A stretch of 64,000 nucleotides of DNA from Dehalococcoidia bacterium (GTDB lineage: Bacteria > Chloroflexota > Dehalococcoidia > DSTF01 > JACRBR01), in NCBI GenBank assembly GCA_038227375.1, contig JBBRPY010000005.1, positions 457 through 64,456 of the forward strand. The letters are read 5' to 3'. Shown here one piece after another: positions 1-9,774 of this stretch (position 1 is the stretch's first letter; each line of letters starts with the position of its first letter). The notes under the pieces were generated by a model. The model was not told the DNA's origin. It saw only the letters and a list, made by a program, of their open reading frames with translations, and ran no database searches. A program made the position numbers and the translations under genes.

Positions 1-304
1 TGTTCGGCCAGATAGCCGGTGAGAATCGCGAGCTCCGCCTTCTCGGCATCGGCGAGGTCGTCGCGGTGGCCCTTGGTGTACTCTTCGATGCTTTCCCGCC
101 GCTGCTTCGCCTGCTTCTGGATCACGTCGAGCACGCCGGCGTCATCCAGCTCCTGGCGGGACGCATTCTCGGCCTTCACGTTCACACGCGCGATCTCGGT
201 GTTGCTGATAGCGGTGAGCAGGCCGCGGAGCACGTCGCGCCGCCGGGCATCGCCGCTGCGCATGGCGTCCTTGAGTTCGCTCGACAGCTGATATTTGAGC
301 GGCA
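1..304 (-). CDS. GatB/YqeY domain-containing protein (C-terminus cut by window edge)
   Basis: Minus-strand translation from a GTG at 302-304 reads VPLKYQLSSELKDAMRSGDARRRDVLRGLLTAISNTEIARVNVKAENASRQELDDAGVLDVIQKQAKQRRESIEEY..., typical of the YqeY/GatB-like family. GAAGGAGG RBS 6 nt upstream. Missing from the ORF track because of the GTG start and edge truncation. Confidence 0.6.
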
Positions 305-487
305 CGGGCCCTCCTTCTTTTCGACGGACTCCAGCTTGGGCAGGTTACTCGCATGGTATCCGAGGCGAGCGGACGCCTCGGCTGCACACGACATAACGAT
401 AACTAGGGACCGAGCGCGCGAGTGCGGGAACGGGGAGCGTCGGCCGAATATCTCCTTGGACCGGTTCGTCTTGAAGGAGCGCACACG

Positions 488-968
488 ATGTTCAAGAAGA
501 TGCTCGTACCGATCGACGGCACCAACGCCTCTGCCACCGTTGTCCCGTACGCTGGCGCGCTGGCTCAGCGTCTCGGGTGCCGGGTCGATATTGTGCTCGT
601 GGAGCCGTCCGCAGGCGCGCGGCTGCCGCACCCGGACCACCACCGCCCAACGTCCGGTGTCCGTTCGGGGGAATTGGGCCGCATGGCGATCCCGTCGACG
701 ACGCCGGCGCACATCCGCGAGGCGAACGAGCGCTACAGTTGCGCGCCACGTTGAGGAGTTCGCCGCCCTCGGCGTCGAGGCGGGCGGCAAGGTGGTTTGC
801 GGCGACAGCGTCGAAGAGATCCTGCGAGCAGCGCTGGAGCTGCGCTCGGATGTCATCGCGATGACGACACGCAAGCTGAGCAACTACGCCAAGAAGGACA
901 CGGGCAGCATTTCGGAAGAGGTGCTGTGGCGTTCGAAGCTGCCCGTCCTGATCATCGCCCACGGCTAG
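488..968 (+). pseudogene. universal stress protein (UspA family) with an internal frameshift
   Basis: N-terminal USP homology (MFKKMLVPIDGTNASATVVPYAGALAQRLGCRVDIVLVEP) is in frame 2 and stops at 752-754. C-terminal USP homology (ARHVEEFAALGVEAGGKVVCGDSVEEILRAALELRSDVIAMTTRKLS...LPVLIIAHG) is in frame 0 and ends at 968. A single indel near 735-752 is implied. GAAGGAG RBS lies before 488. This could be a real pseudogene or an assembly error. Confidence 0.5.
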
Positions 969-1294
969 GCCTTCCGGGCGGGCCTCGGCGGTTCGCTGCG
1001 CGATCGGGCTGGTCGCGCCCGAATCAGTCTTGGCGCCCGGAACCGTCGGGGTCGCGTCGCCCTGGCGGCGGCCAGGCGTCAGGTGGCGGCGTCCGCGCAG
1101 GCGCATGATGCAGGTGTTCGCACGGCAGTCCTCCTTCGGTTCTTCCGGGGCGCCTGCCGGACGAAGTGGGAAGAGCACCCGGCCGGCGCCCAGGCGACCG
1201 TATGAGTATTTGCCCTGCCGTACGGCGCCTGCCAACTGCGCCCGGATCGTGCGTCCGGCCGGGTCGCTCTTCCTGCGCATCAGGCCCGCCTTAA

Positions 1295-1340
1295 CCCCTC
1301 TCGCGGCGAGTCTGCGACCTGCACCTCTTCACGCGGTGGA
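1295..1340. repeat. REP-like dispersed element, partial direct copy (CCCCTCTCGCGGCGAGTCTGCGACC...)
   Basis: Shares the CCCTCTC(C)GCG(A/G)CGAGTCTGCGACC segment with the copy at 26323-26347. Confidence 0.4.
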
Positions 1341-1457
1341 GCGGGGAACTGGCGCGGGGCGACTGCTGAGGGCGCGGTGTCTGCGCCCAATGTAATGACG
1401 CGGAAGCGGAGCGCGGGCGCTACGACCACCCGGCAGCCCGCAGTCACCCGGCGTGGC

Positions 1458-1507
1458 GATCCCTTCTCCCCTTGTAGGAGAAGGGTGGCCGAAGCCGGGA
1501 TGAGGGC
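1458..1507. repeat. REP-like hairpin element, inverted copy (GATCCCTTCTCC-CCTTGTA-GGAGAAGGGTGGCCGAAGCCGGGATGAGGGC)
   Basis: A 9-bp stem CCCTTCTCC/GGAGAAGGG with a 7-nt loop. The whole element is the reverse complement of the consensus seen at 26315-26389 and 56426-56475. It lies ~100 nt downstream of the coaBC stop and may also act as a terminator. Confidence 0.5.
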
Positions 1508-1581
1508 TACCGGCGAGTCGCAATGCTTCGGTACACTTCGTTACTGAATAAAGACGCGCTCTGGGTTCGTACCATCGCGCG

Positions 1582-2793
1582 TTACGCCGAACGCGAGGCG
1601 AGCAGCGCCGCCACCCGGTCGAGGATGCGGCAGGCGACGGCGTACTTCGACAGCAGCGGCAGTTCCTCTACCGTGCCATCGGCGGCGATGAGCGTGACGA
1701 GGTTGGTTTCCGTACCGAAGCCGGCGTGGGGCGCCGTGACGTCGTTCGCGGCGATCAGGTCGAGGCCCTTCTTCGCAATCTTCGCCTGGGCGTTGCGCAC
1801 CACCTCTTGCGTCTCCGCTGCGAATCCCACCTTCACGAACGGTCCCTCGATCGCTGCAAGGATGTCTTCGTTCGGCACGAGCGTAAGCGCGAGCGTCTCG
1901 CCCGTGCGCTTGATCTTCTGATCGGCGGCCGCCTCCGGGCGAAAGTCGGCCGGCGCCGCAGCCATAATCAGCGCGTCGCAGACGGCGGTCGCCTCCGCGA
2001 GCGCGCGCGCCATCTGCTCCGTCGTCCGCACATCGATGCGCTTGACGCCGTATGGCGTCGCCAGCGCTACCGGGCCGGCGACCAGCGTCACCGTCGCGCC
2101 GCGGTCCCGCGCGGCCTCTGCGATCGCGAAGCCCATCTTCCCCGACGAGCGGTTCCCGACGAAGCGCACCGGGTCGACCGGCTCCTGCGTGCCGCCGGCA
2201 CTGACGACGATTTCGCGCCCGTCGAGCGCGCCCTCGCGTCCCAGCGCCTGCTTCAGCGCGCCGACGACGGCGCCGGTATCGGCCAGGCGGCCGTATCCGG
2301 TGCGTCCGCTCGCCAGCCGGCCTTCATCGGGCCCGACGAGGATGACCCCGCGCTCCCGGAGCAGGGCGGCGTTTGCCCGCGTCGCGGCGTGCTCCCACAT
2401 CTGGGCGTCCATCGCCGGCGCGACGAGCACGGGCGCCGTGGTGGCGAGCGCCGTCAGAGCCACCATGTCGTCGGCGATGCCGTGCGCCAGACGCGCGAGT
2501 GTTGTGGCGCTCGCCGGGGCGATGAGCATCGCATCTGCGGCGCGGGCGAGCTCGACGTGCTCCTCCGCCAGCGTTGACCGGGGGTCGTACATGTCGGTGA
2601 AGACGGCGCGCCCGGTGATGCTGCGGAAGGTCAGCGGCGCGATGAAGTGCTGTGCGCTGTCCGTGAGGATGACGTCGACCGTGGCGCCGGCCTGGGAGAG
2701 CTTACTAGCGATGTCCGCGGCCTTGTAACTGGCAATACTGCCGCTGACGCCGAGGACGATCCTCGCTTCGTGCAGGGGGCCGTCATCGAGCAT
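1582..2793 (-). CDS. coaBC: bifunctional phosphopantothenoylcysteine decarboxylase / phosphopantothenate-cysteine ligase
   Basis: 403 aa. Flavoprotein N-domain (IVLGVSGSIASYKAADIASKL) plus CoaB C-domain (GNRSSGKMGFAIAEAARDRGATVTLVAG). ATG at 2791-2793. Confidence 0.9.
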   Translation of the reverse strand: MLDDGPLHEARIVLGVSGSIASYKAADIASKLSQAGATVDVILTDSAQHFIAPLTFRSITGRAVFTDMYDPRSTLAEEHVELARAADAMLIAPASATTLARLAHGIADDMVALTALATTAPVLVAPAMDAQMWEHAATRANAALLRERGVILVGPDEGRLASGRTGYGRLADTGAVVGALKQALGREGALDGREIVVSAGGTQEPVDPVRFVGNRSSGKMGFAIAEAARDRGATVTLVAGPVALATPYGVKRIDVRTTEQMARALAEATAVCDALIMAAAPADFRPEAAADQKIKRTGETLALTLVPNEDILAAIEGPFVKVGFAAETQEVVRNAQAKIAKKGLDLIAANDVTAPHAGFGTETNLVTLIAADGTVEELPLLSKYAVACRILDRVAALLASRSA

Positions 2794-3570
2794 CTAATCC
2801 CGCCGGGTGTTCATCTCGTGGATGATCCGTAGTCCTGTGAGTGTGAGGTTCTGATCGACGGCGTCGAAGATGTTCGTCTCAGCGGCGAGACGCTCGGCCC
2901 AGCCACCGGTGGCGATGACGCGCGCGCTGCCGCCGAGCTCCTTCTTGAAGCGCGTGACCATCCCTTCGATTAGGCCAACATAGCCGAACAGGGTGCCCGA
3001 CTGGATCGCCGCCACCGTATTCTTGCCGATCGCGCTCTTCGGGCGTTCGAGCTCGACGCGATAGAGCTTGGCGGCCCGCTCGAAGAGCGCCTCGGAAGCG
3101 ATGCCGATGCCGGGCGCGAGCGCGCCACCGAGGTAGTCGCCGTCGGCCGTGACCGCATCGAAGACCGTGGCGGTGCCGAAGTCGACGATGATCAGCGGCG
3201 GCGGGCCGTAGAGCTGGAGCGCCGCCACGACATCGACGACCCGGTCGGCGCCCACCTCGCGCGGGTTGTCGTACAGAATGCGGACGCCGGTGCGGGTGCC
3301 TGTGCCGACGACCAGCGGCTCGATGTGGAAGTAGCGGCGGCAGAGCTGCTCGAACATCGGCGCGAGGTCGGGCACGACGCTCGCCATCACCCCTTCCGTG
3401 ATCGCATCGACGGCGATCTCCTCGGTGCGGAGGAGACCCAGCACCATGACCGCGTATTCGTCAGAGAGGCGAAGGTTATCGGTAGCGAGCCGCCAGGTCG
3501 CGCGGATCTTGTCGCCGTCGAAGATGCCGATGGTGACGTTGGTGTTGCCGATGTCGAACGCGATGAGCAC
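2794..3570 (-). CDS. coaX: type III pantothenate kinase
   Basis: VLIAFDIGNTNVTIGIFDG...DFGTATVFDAV...ATGG motifs. GTG start at 3568-3570 chosen from the homology N-terminus, so the longer ORF in the track is an over-extension. Stop abuts the coaBC start, consistent with an operon. Confidence 0.8.
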   Translation of the reverse strand: MLIAFDIGNTNVTIGIFDGDKIRATWRLATDNLRLSDEYAVMVLGLLRTEEIAVDAITEGVMASVVPDLAPMFEQLCRRYFHIEPLVVGTGTRTGVRILYDNPREVGADRVVDVVAALQLYGPPPLIIVDFGTATVFDAVTADGDYLGGALAPGIGIASEALFERAAKLYRVELERPKSAIGKNTVAAIQSGTLFGYVGLIEGMVTRFKKELGGSARVIATGGWAERLAAETNIFDAVDQNLTLTGLRIIHEMNTRRD

Positions 3571-3723
3571 CCGGCCTCCGTTTCGCGGCAAGTATACAGC
3601 CGCCGCCGCGCTGCCCTCAGCCGCCGTCAATCTCCATCCGCAGCCCCAACGCGGCCGAGCGGCGCGACGAACTGGCCAAGTGGGCTGTGGCCGGATAGCC
3701 GCGGTCACGGTACCCTCTTGAGC

Positions 3724-4626
3724 ATGAGGACCGCCGCGACGCGTCCGGCGCGCATTTCGAGTGCAGACGGCGCCGGCCTGCTCGTTTGCCACATGGGCGC
3801 GCTCTCGGGCGCGCACGCGCGAAACTCGCTCGACGCGATCCGCGAATGCTTCGAAGCGAACGTCGGCCGGATCGAGCTGGACATGCATTCGCTCGACGGG
3901 CCCGATTACATCGTGTTCCACGACCGGCGCCTGGAAGCGGCGACGACCGGCAGCGGCTCGGTCGGCCGGGCGACGCCGGACGAGGTGCGCGCGGCCCGAT
4001 CGCTGGCGAATCCTGATGCGCGGCCGCCGCTGCTCAGCGAAATCGTAGAACTCGCGCGGCGGTGCGACACCGAGCTCCAGCTCGACTGGAAGGACTGGCG
4101 GCCGATCTCACCGCCGCGCCTTCGCGCGCTGATCGACGTCGTCGCGCCGATCAAACATCGGGTCGTCGTCTCGACCGGACAGGACTGGAACCTGCGGCTG
4201 CTACATGCGGCCGATCCGGAGATCCCCTTCGGCTTCGACCCCGGCCACTACCTCGACCACGCGACCGAGGGTGACACGCTCTTCCTGCCGCGGACGATGG
4301 GCGCCTACGGCTATCGCGACGACCATCCGCTGGCCTTCGGCCGGACGGAGGCGCCCGCGGACTACCTCGCCGCTCGGCTGGAAGCGCTGACGGCGCAAGC
4401 GCCCGGCGCCCGCGAATACTTCCTGAGCTACCGCATGGTGCTCCAGATGCAGGACGACGGCTTCGATGTCGTCGGGTGGCTGCACAGCCGGCATATCGCC
4501 GCTAACGTCTGGACGCTCGACCACGAGGGCGATGACTCGGTGCACCACATGCGGCGGCTACTCGAGGCGGGGATTGATCGCATCACGACAAACACTGCTC
4601 GCGGATGGGAGACGGCGTTCGCGTAG
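3724..4626 (+). CDS. glycerophosphodiester phosphodiesterase family protein
   Basis: GDPD-like LLVCHMGALSGAHARNSLDAIRECFEANVGRIELDMHSLDGPDYIVFHD... The ORF track N-terminal extension is R-rich junk. Start taken at ATG 3724. Confidence 0.6.
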   Translation: MRTAATRPARISSADGAGLLVCHMGALSGAHARNSLDAIRECFEANVGRIELDMHSLDGPDYIVFHDRRLEAATTGSGSVGRATPDEVRAARSLANPDARPPLLSEIVELARRCDTELQLDWKDWRPISPPRLRALIDVVAPIKHRVVVSTGQDWNLRLLHAADPEIPFGFDPGHYLDHATEGDTLFLPRTMGAYGYRDDHPLAFGRTEAPADYLAARLEALTAQAPGAREYFLSYRMVLQMQDDGFDVVGWLHSRHIAANVWTLDHEGDDSVHHMRRLLEAGIDRITTNTARGWETAFA

Positions 4627-4642
4627 TGCCGGCGAGGGGACA

Positions 4643-5326
4643 ATGTCTGCCCAGAAGCGTGCTTCGCTCGTCCTGCTGGTTCTGTTCTATGCGGCAGTCT
4701 TGATATTGGCTCAGGGCTGCACCGCGAAAGACAAGAAGAGTGCTCCCACAGTTGCTGCGGCACCCACCGCGACGTTCCTTCCCGAAGAAACGCCGGTAGC
4801 GCAAACCAACGCTGCCACGATCCTTCCCGAAACATCGCCGAGCGGGCAAACCAAAACAAGCGGTTGCGACTTCTCCAAACCTGTCGCACTGCGTGCCGGG
4901 ACAACCTACGATTTCTTGGGCAGCGATGTGTTCGATACCACGGTCTGCGGCTACATCTCTGTCCCGGACGAACTGGGCGGCGAAGGCGGCAATGTACCGG
5001 TCACTATTCCGTATCTGGTTATCCTGGAATATGGTCAAATCCAGTTCCAACGTTCGATCGCCTCCTGGATCGCGCGGGGAAACAACATTAATCGCAAGGA
5101 AGGGGATCATTATCTCTTCAACTGCGGTTGCGTCAAAGACGGGCACATCGTGGGCAGAGAGTACCCGGATGGAGTTCCTTACATCGATCCAGTCACCGAG
5201 AAAGCTCTCCTTGGTTCGTCCATAGAGCAACCGGTGACACTGATGCTCTCCTTCGGTATGCATAATGGTTCCGGATGTGTGTGCTGCAACACGGCCCATA
5301 AAATCCGCTTGGCCCAAATTGCGTAA
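4643..5326 (+). CDS. hypothetical lipoprotein encoded by a low-GC gene (Cys-rich C-terminus)
   Basis: MSAQKRASLVLLVLFYAAVLILAQGC has a lipobox (LAQGC). The gene is ~52% GC against ~68% in its neighbours, with many A/T-ending codons. GAGGGGA RBS. C-terminal CGC...CVCC cysteine cluster. Confidence 0.55.
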   Translation: MSAQKRASLVLLVLFYAAVLILAQGCTAKDKKSAPTVAAAPTATFLPEETPVAQTNAATILPETSPSGQTKTSGCDFSKPVALRAGTTYDFLGSDVFDTTVCGYISVPDELGGEGGNVPVTIPYLVILEYGQIQFQRSIASWIARGNNINRKEGDHYLFNCGCVKDGHIVGREYPDGVPYIDPVTEKALLGSSIEQPVTLMLSFGMHNGSGCVCCNTAHKIRLAQIA

Positions 5327-5355
5327 GCTCCTCGAGAAGTCTTTGTCCCCGGACA

Positions 5356-5562
5356 CTACCCGAGCGCGGCGGTGAGGGCCGTGCGGAGATCACCCTCCGC
5401 GAGCGGGGCGTGCGCGATGACGCGATCGCCCGCGGCGATCACCGGCACGATGTCGTTGTACTTCTCACGCAGTTCAGGCTCACCGTCGATATCGACTTCG
5501 CGGAGGGCGAAATGCAACTCGGCGCCCAGCAGGCGCAATTCGGATGCCACCTCGTCGCACAA
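5356..5562 (-). CDS. glutaredoxin-like protein (NrdH/YruB type)
   Basis: The first canonical start is TTG at 5560-5562. Homology clearly continues upstream (LSREVILYTRENCGLCDEV...) and includes the CGLC redox motif. The frame is open to 5604 with no ATG/GTG/TTG, so the true start may be a CTG at 5602-5604 that overlaps the lgt stop. Confidence 0.55.
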   Translation of the reverse strand: MCDEVASELRLLGAELHFALREVDIDGEPELREKYNDIVPVIAAGDRVIAHAPLAEGDLRTALTAALG

Positions 5563-5600
5563 CCCGCAGTTCTCGCGCGTATAGAGGATGACCTCGCGGC

Positions 5601-6545
5601 TCAGCGGTAACGCGCGGAGCCGGTGGGCTCGGGGACGTTGACGCGCGGGCTTGAGCCTGGAAGCGCGGCCGCAGGTTCTGACTGAGGCGACCGCAGGATG
5701 CTCCAGACGAGGGCGACGGCGCCGATCGCGAAGGTGCCGACAGAGACGACCTGCGGGAACGTCATCCAGTTCTTGATGATGTGATCAGGGCAGCCAACGA
5801 GGTCCGGGCAGAACGGGCCGCTGTCGATGCGGAGGTAGCTGACGCCGAAGCGCATCGCCGAATAGAGGACGACGCCACTGAAGAAGGTGATGCCCGGGCG
5901 GTGCCGCCAAAACTTGATCCACAGCAGCCCCACGATCCCGATGATCAGCAGATCGCCGATCATCTCGTACATCGTGGCCGGGTGTCGGCCGATGAACTGC
6001 CCGCTGGACGTCGCCGAAAACGGAAAGCCGGGCGAACTCGGGTCGCTGTACTTGACCGCCCAGGGCAGGCTTGAGACCGTCGAAACGTGCTCGCCGTTGA
6101 TCAGGTCGCCGATGCGCCCGATCGCCATGCCGAGCAGGGCGCCGAATCCCGCCGCATCGAGGCCGCGGGTGACGGGCAGTTTGCGAATCACGCCGTAGAT
6201 GCAGGCGGCGATGACACCGCCGATGATCGCGCCGTAAACGGTGATCCCGCCCTCGTTGATCTTGAGCACGTCGCCCCACTGGCCCTCGAAGCGCACGCGG
6301 TTCTCGAGCACGAACATCGCGCGGGCGCCGATGATGCCGGCCGGCACAGCGATCAGCGCGATGCTATAGCCGTCATCCTCGGTGATGCCCTGCTTCCGGC
6401 CAAACCAGATGGCGAGATAGACGCCGGCGGCGATGCCGATGGCGGTAAAGACGCCGTGCCAGGAGAGGGTGAACGGTCCGAACTTGGCGATGTTTGGGTC
6501 CCACGACACGGTGATCGTGAGCAGATGCAGCATGACGCCTGGCAC
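5601..6545 (-). CDS. lgt: prolipoprotein diacylglyceryl transferase
   Basis: 314 aa. A polytopic membrane protein with Lgt signature regions (GPFTLSWHGVFTAIGIAAGVY...YGAIIGGVIA...GRIGDLINGE). Confidence 0.9.
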   Translation of the reverse strand: MPGVMLHLLTITVSWDPNIAKFGPFTLSWHGVFTAIGIAAGVYLAIWFGRKQGITEDDGYSIALIAVPAGIIGARAMFVLENRVRFEGQWGDVLKINEGGITVYGAIIGGVIAACIYGVIRKLPVTRGLDAAGFGALLGMAIGRIGDLINGEHVSTVSSLPWAVKYSDPSSPGFPFSATSSGQFIGRHPATMYEMIGDLLIIGIVGLLWIKFWRHRPGITFFSGVVLYSAMRFGVSYLRIDSGPFCPDLVGCPDHIIKNWMTFPQVVSVGTFAIGAVALVWSILRSPQSEPAAALPGSSPRVNVPEPTGSARYR

Positions 6546-8197
6546 TAACGTTCCTCCTCAAGTTCCGGCGGGATCGGCACGCTCATGCGTCGCGCCAGTG
6601 AGCGCATGTCCTTCTCGAATCCGCCGCTCTTTTCGGCGAGAGCGGCAATCTGCGTGCCGCTCTGCGTGAGCCGGATCCAGAGCCGCCGCCGCGGCACGTA
6701 GAAGGTTATCGCAAGCCCTCCGAGCAGCATAGCCGTGGCGATCCAGATGAACCACGCGCCGGAGTCACGCTTCACCGCGATGCCCGCGAACGCGCGCTGT
6801 CCCTCGAAGGTGTACTCGTACGCACCGACGACGGTTGGGGAATGTTGAGCGAGCGAGATAGCAGGTTGGTTCTTCGAGACGAGCATCAGCGAGGGGCCGC
6901 CATCCGGACCGGGCGTCAGCTGCGCGAGCTGCTGGGCGTCGGCGCCAGGGACGCCGAGCCCCACGGCGGATGGGATCGACGTCACCCGGTCGAAATGCAC
7001 GGTGAGGCCGCTGAGCGCGCCGGACGCCCCCTCGGCGATGCGCAGCTGTCCGTCCTCGGCGTTGCCCTTGGGGTCGAAGCCGACCAGTTGCCAGGATTTG
7101 TCGTCGGTGGTGGTAAGCCCCACCCAGACGACACGCCCGCTGGACGGGATGCGCACGAGCGCGCCGCTGGCGATCGAGAGGAAGTCGGTCGGCGCGACGA
7201 CGTCGCTCAGGAGGATCGCGCCCGACGCGTCTGCGATGGTGATCCGTGGCGCCGCCGTCGTGTCTTCGAGCGGGAATGTCTCATGGAAGACGGTGTTGCC
7301 GGTGGCGACTTCGCGGATGCTCAGCTCGGCGCCGTTCGGGAAGTAGGCGACCTGGTGGAAGCGGTAGCCACCGTATTTGAACGGGTCGTTCACGGTCGTC
7401 GTTCCCGACGCCACCTGCTGTCCGTTCTTGAAGATGGTGAGCTGCGTCCGGAAGTCCAGTGGGCTGCCTGTGGCGCTGAAGCGGCCGATCGCGTCGTCGA
7501 CGCGGACCTGGAGCTGGTTGGGATTGCTCACGGCGAAGACGGGCGCCGTCGTGCCGGTACCGGTGAAGATGTCGGCGCTGAACCCGGTGAGGCGGGTGAC
7601 GAGGCCGCCCGAGATGAACAAGATCAGCGCGAGATGACTGATAAACGTCGCCAGTTGCGTCCACGGATGCCGGTCGGCGAAGACGTAGACCGCGCCCTCC
7701 CGCGTCTTGGTTTTGGTACGGAACCGCATCTTCCGAAGCGCCGCTTCCAGCACCGGCGCATCGACGGCAGCGAGCGCAGCGCGATTGTGCGCGCGCTCAA
7801 AGAAGCTGTCGGGCACGCGCGTGTTGGGCTGGAACACGTTGCGGAACGTCGGCGACCAGCGATTGAAGGTGCAGACGGTGACGTTGACGACAAGAAATCC
7901 CAGCGCGAAGAGAAACCACCTCGCGTGGAAGACCTCGAACAGTCCGAGGTGGTACATGGGATCGGTCAGCGGGCCGAAGGCGCCGCGCTGGCCGTCGACC
8001 CAGGTCGTCGTCGCGGTGCTGTTGCCGCGCATCGCCTCCGGCACCTGCGGGATCAGCACACCGAGCATGCCGAAGAGCGCCAGCGTGCCGATGAAGAAGA
8101 CGGCGAACCGCACCGACGTCAGCATGCGCCAGATCGGCTGCATCGGCTCGAAGGACGATCGCTTGCTGGCAGCAGGGGCGGTGCGGACACTAGCCAT
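6545..8197 (-). CDS. resB: cytochrome c biogenesis protein ResB/Ccs1 (System II)
   Basis: 550 aa. N-terminal TM segments, a large extracytoplasmic domain and a C-terminal TM (WFIWIATAMLLGGLAITFYVPRRRLWIRL), typical of ResB. Confidence 0.85.
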   Translation of the reverse strand: MASVRTAPAASKRSSFEPMQPIWRMLTSVRFAVFFIGTLALFGMLGVLIPQVPEAMRGNSTATTTWVDGQRGAFGPLTDPMYHLGLFEVFHARWFLFALGFLVVNVTVCTFNRWSPTFRNVFQPNTRVPDSFFERAHNRAALAAVDAPVLEAALRKMRFRTKTKTREGAVYVFADRHPWTQLATFISHLALILFISGGLVTRLTGFSADIFTGTGTTAPVFAVSNPNQLQVRVDDAIGRFSATGSPLDFRTQLTIFKNGQQVASGTTTVNDPFKYGGYRFHQVAYFPNGAELSIREVATGNTVFHETFPLEDTTAAPRITIADASGAILLSDVVAPTDFLSIASGALVRIPSSGRVVWVGLTTTDDKSWQLVGFDPKGNAEDGQLRIAEGASGALSGLTVHFDRVTSIPSAVGLGVPGADAQQLAQLTPGPDGGPSLMLVSKNQPAISLAQHSPTVVGAYEYTFEGQRAFAGIAVKRDSGAWFIWIATAMLLGGLAITFYVPRRRLWIRLTQSGTQIAALAEKSGGFEKDMRSLARRMSVPIPPELEEER

Positions 8198-8206
8198 GCC
8201 GCACCA

Positions 8207-8884
8207 TCATGTGCCCACGCCGATCGTTTTGAGATTGTCGGCGATGGTCTGCTGCGTTAGCGGCCCGAAGACGCGCGCGCGGACGACGCCGCCGGCATCG
8301 ACGAAGTAGGAGGACGGGATGCCCTGGATCGGGCCGCCGATGCGCCAGGATGTTCCGACGCCGCCGGTCGGGTCGATGGCGATCGGAAAGGTCACGCCGA
8401 AATCAGCCGCGAACTGCCGCACTTGGTCGCCGTTTTCCTGCAAGTCGACCGCGACGATCTGCAAGCCTTCGGACCGATGTTCGGCATAGGCACGGACGAT
8501 TTCCGGCATCTCCTTCCGGCACGGCGTACACCACGACGCCCAGAAGTTCACGAACACGGGCTGCCCCCGCAGGTCGCTGAAGCGGACGCGGCCGCCGTCC
8601 GGCGTCGTGAGCACGAAGTCCGGGGCTGCGCGGCCGACGTCGGTCGATGGCGAGCGGCCCGTGGCGTTCGCGCCCTCGGGCAGCGCGACGGTGCCAATCC
8701 CGTCGGGGGCGCCGGTCGTCCCGCCGCGCCGCTGCTCGATGTAGAACAGGCCACCGACGATGGTGGCGACGATGACCACAGGCAGCACCACGCTGCGCAA
8801 GGCGCCCCGCCATTCACGGCGGTTCTGCGGGCGCTCCTCTACGCCGGAGATCTCGTCGAGCGGCAGTTCATCTGTCTCGTTCAT
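8207..8884 (-). CDS. resA: thiol-disulfide oxidoreductase ResA/TlpA family (thioredoxin fold)
   Basis: Single TM segment followed by a thioredoxin domain with the WASWCTPCRKEMP motif. Confidence 0.85.
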   Translation of the reverse strand: MNETDELPLDEISGVEERPQNRREWRGALRSVVLPVVIVATIVGGLFYIEQRRGGTTGAPDGIGTVALPEGANATGRSPSTDVGRAAPDFVLTTPDGGRVRFSDLRGQPVFVNFWASWCTPCRKEMPEIVRAYAEHRSEGLQIVAVDLQENGDQVRQFAADFGVTFPIAIDPTGGVGTSWRIGGPIQGIPSSYFVDAGGVVRARVFGPLTQQTIADNLKTIGVGT

Positions 8885-9738
8885 GGCGCTCCGGTTCCGG
8901 AGAGCGGCTTGAAGACGCGCTCGTAGATCGCGCGCACGTCGTCGGGCGGCAACCCGTTGCCGAGAAACTGGTCGCCCGCGCGCACCTCGAAGTGGAGATG
9001 CTCCTCGATGCCGGGATTGGAGAGTGATTCCGGCGTCCCGGAGTCGCCGACGAAGGCGATGGTCTCTCCCTGCACCACCTTCGAGCCCACTTGAACATGT
9101 GCGGCGATGTCCGAGAGATGCGCGTACCGCGTGATGATGCCCTTCCCGTGATCGATCCAGACCTGACGCCCGCGGAAGAGGTCGACGACGTCGGGATCGT
9201 TGGCCTGGCCATCAGCAATACGACGGTTCGCGGCATCGAGTTCACTCTGGGTGAGGTTGCTGTACGCGCGATCGGCGCGCACGACGGTGCCATCCTTCGC
9301 CGCCATCACCGCCGTGCCCTTGACGATGGTGGTGCAGGCGTCGTAGCCGTAGAAGTCGACCCCCTCATGCACGCCGCCGCGGTATGTACGCGGGGCGTTG
9401 GGCATGAGCTGATCGCCGACCGGCAGGCAGGCGCCTTTGATGGGATAGATGAAGTTGGTGAAGACGCTAAGGTCTGCGGTCGCCGGTGTTGGCGTCGCCT
9501 GCGGCGTCTCCGCCGTCCGCGTGCGCGCGGCGCCGGACGCGCCGCTGCAGGCCGCGGCGGCAGCAGCGAGCGCAACGAAGAGCAGCAGAAGGGACGGGCG
9601 CCGCCTCAGACCAGTACCGACCTTTCGCCCCGTGTCAACCGATGCCCCCCGCCGGGCACAGGTTTGGTGATCGTAGCTCCGGGTGTACGCAAGGATACCG
9701 AACGAGCGTCCCTGAGATGAACGTGAACGCTGGGGCAC
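8881..9738 (-). CDS. M23 family metallopeptidase lipoprotein (LytM domain)
   Basis: C-terminal M23 motifs (HEGVDFYGY...HLHFEV). Lipoprotein signal RRRPSLLLLFVALAAAAAACSG. No canonical start sits directly before the signal peptide. The nearest in-frame start is GTG at 9736-9738, so the start is uncertain. The 429-aa ORF in the track is over-extended. Confidence 0.65.
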   Translation of the reverse strand: MPQRSRSSQGRSFGILAYTRSYDHQTCARRGASVDTGRKVGTGLRRRPSLLLLFVALAAAAAACSGASGAARTRTAETPQATPTPATADLSVFTNFIYPIKGACLPVGDQLMPNAPRTYRGGVHEGVDFYGYDACTTIVKGTAVMAAKDGTVVRADRAYSNLTQSELDAANRRIADGQANDPDVVDLFRGRQVWIDHGKGIITRYAHLSDIAAHVQVGSKVVQGETIAFVGDSGTPESLSNPGIEEHLHFEVRAGDQFLGNGLPPDDVRAIYERVFKPLSGTGAP

Positions 9739-9774
9739 TTCCCGTAGCGGTAATGGCGTCCTACACTCCGGGAG

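Noticed and set aside
182-1280. Long minus-strand ORFs (182-883, 492-1280) overlapping the usp region
   Set aside because: Arg/Ala-rich antisense-type composition with no motifs. Fully overlapped by USP homology on the plus strand.
1726-2728. Plus-strand ORFs antisense to coaBC (1726-2577, 2036-2728)
   Set aside because: R/H/D-rich low-complexity translation typical of GC-rich antisense frames. coaBC homology is unambiguous.
6842-8260. 472-aa plus-strand ORF antisense to resB
   Set aside because: Extremely R/G/E/D-rich junk. resB is strongly supported on the other strand.
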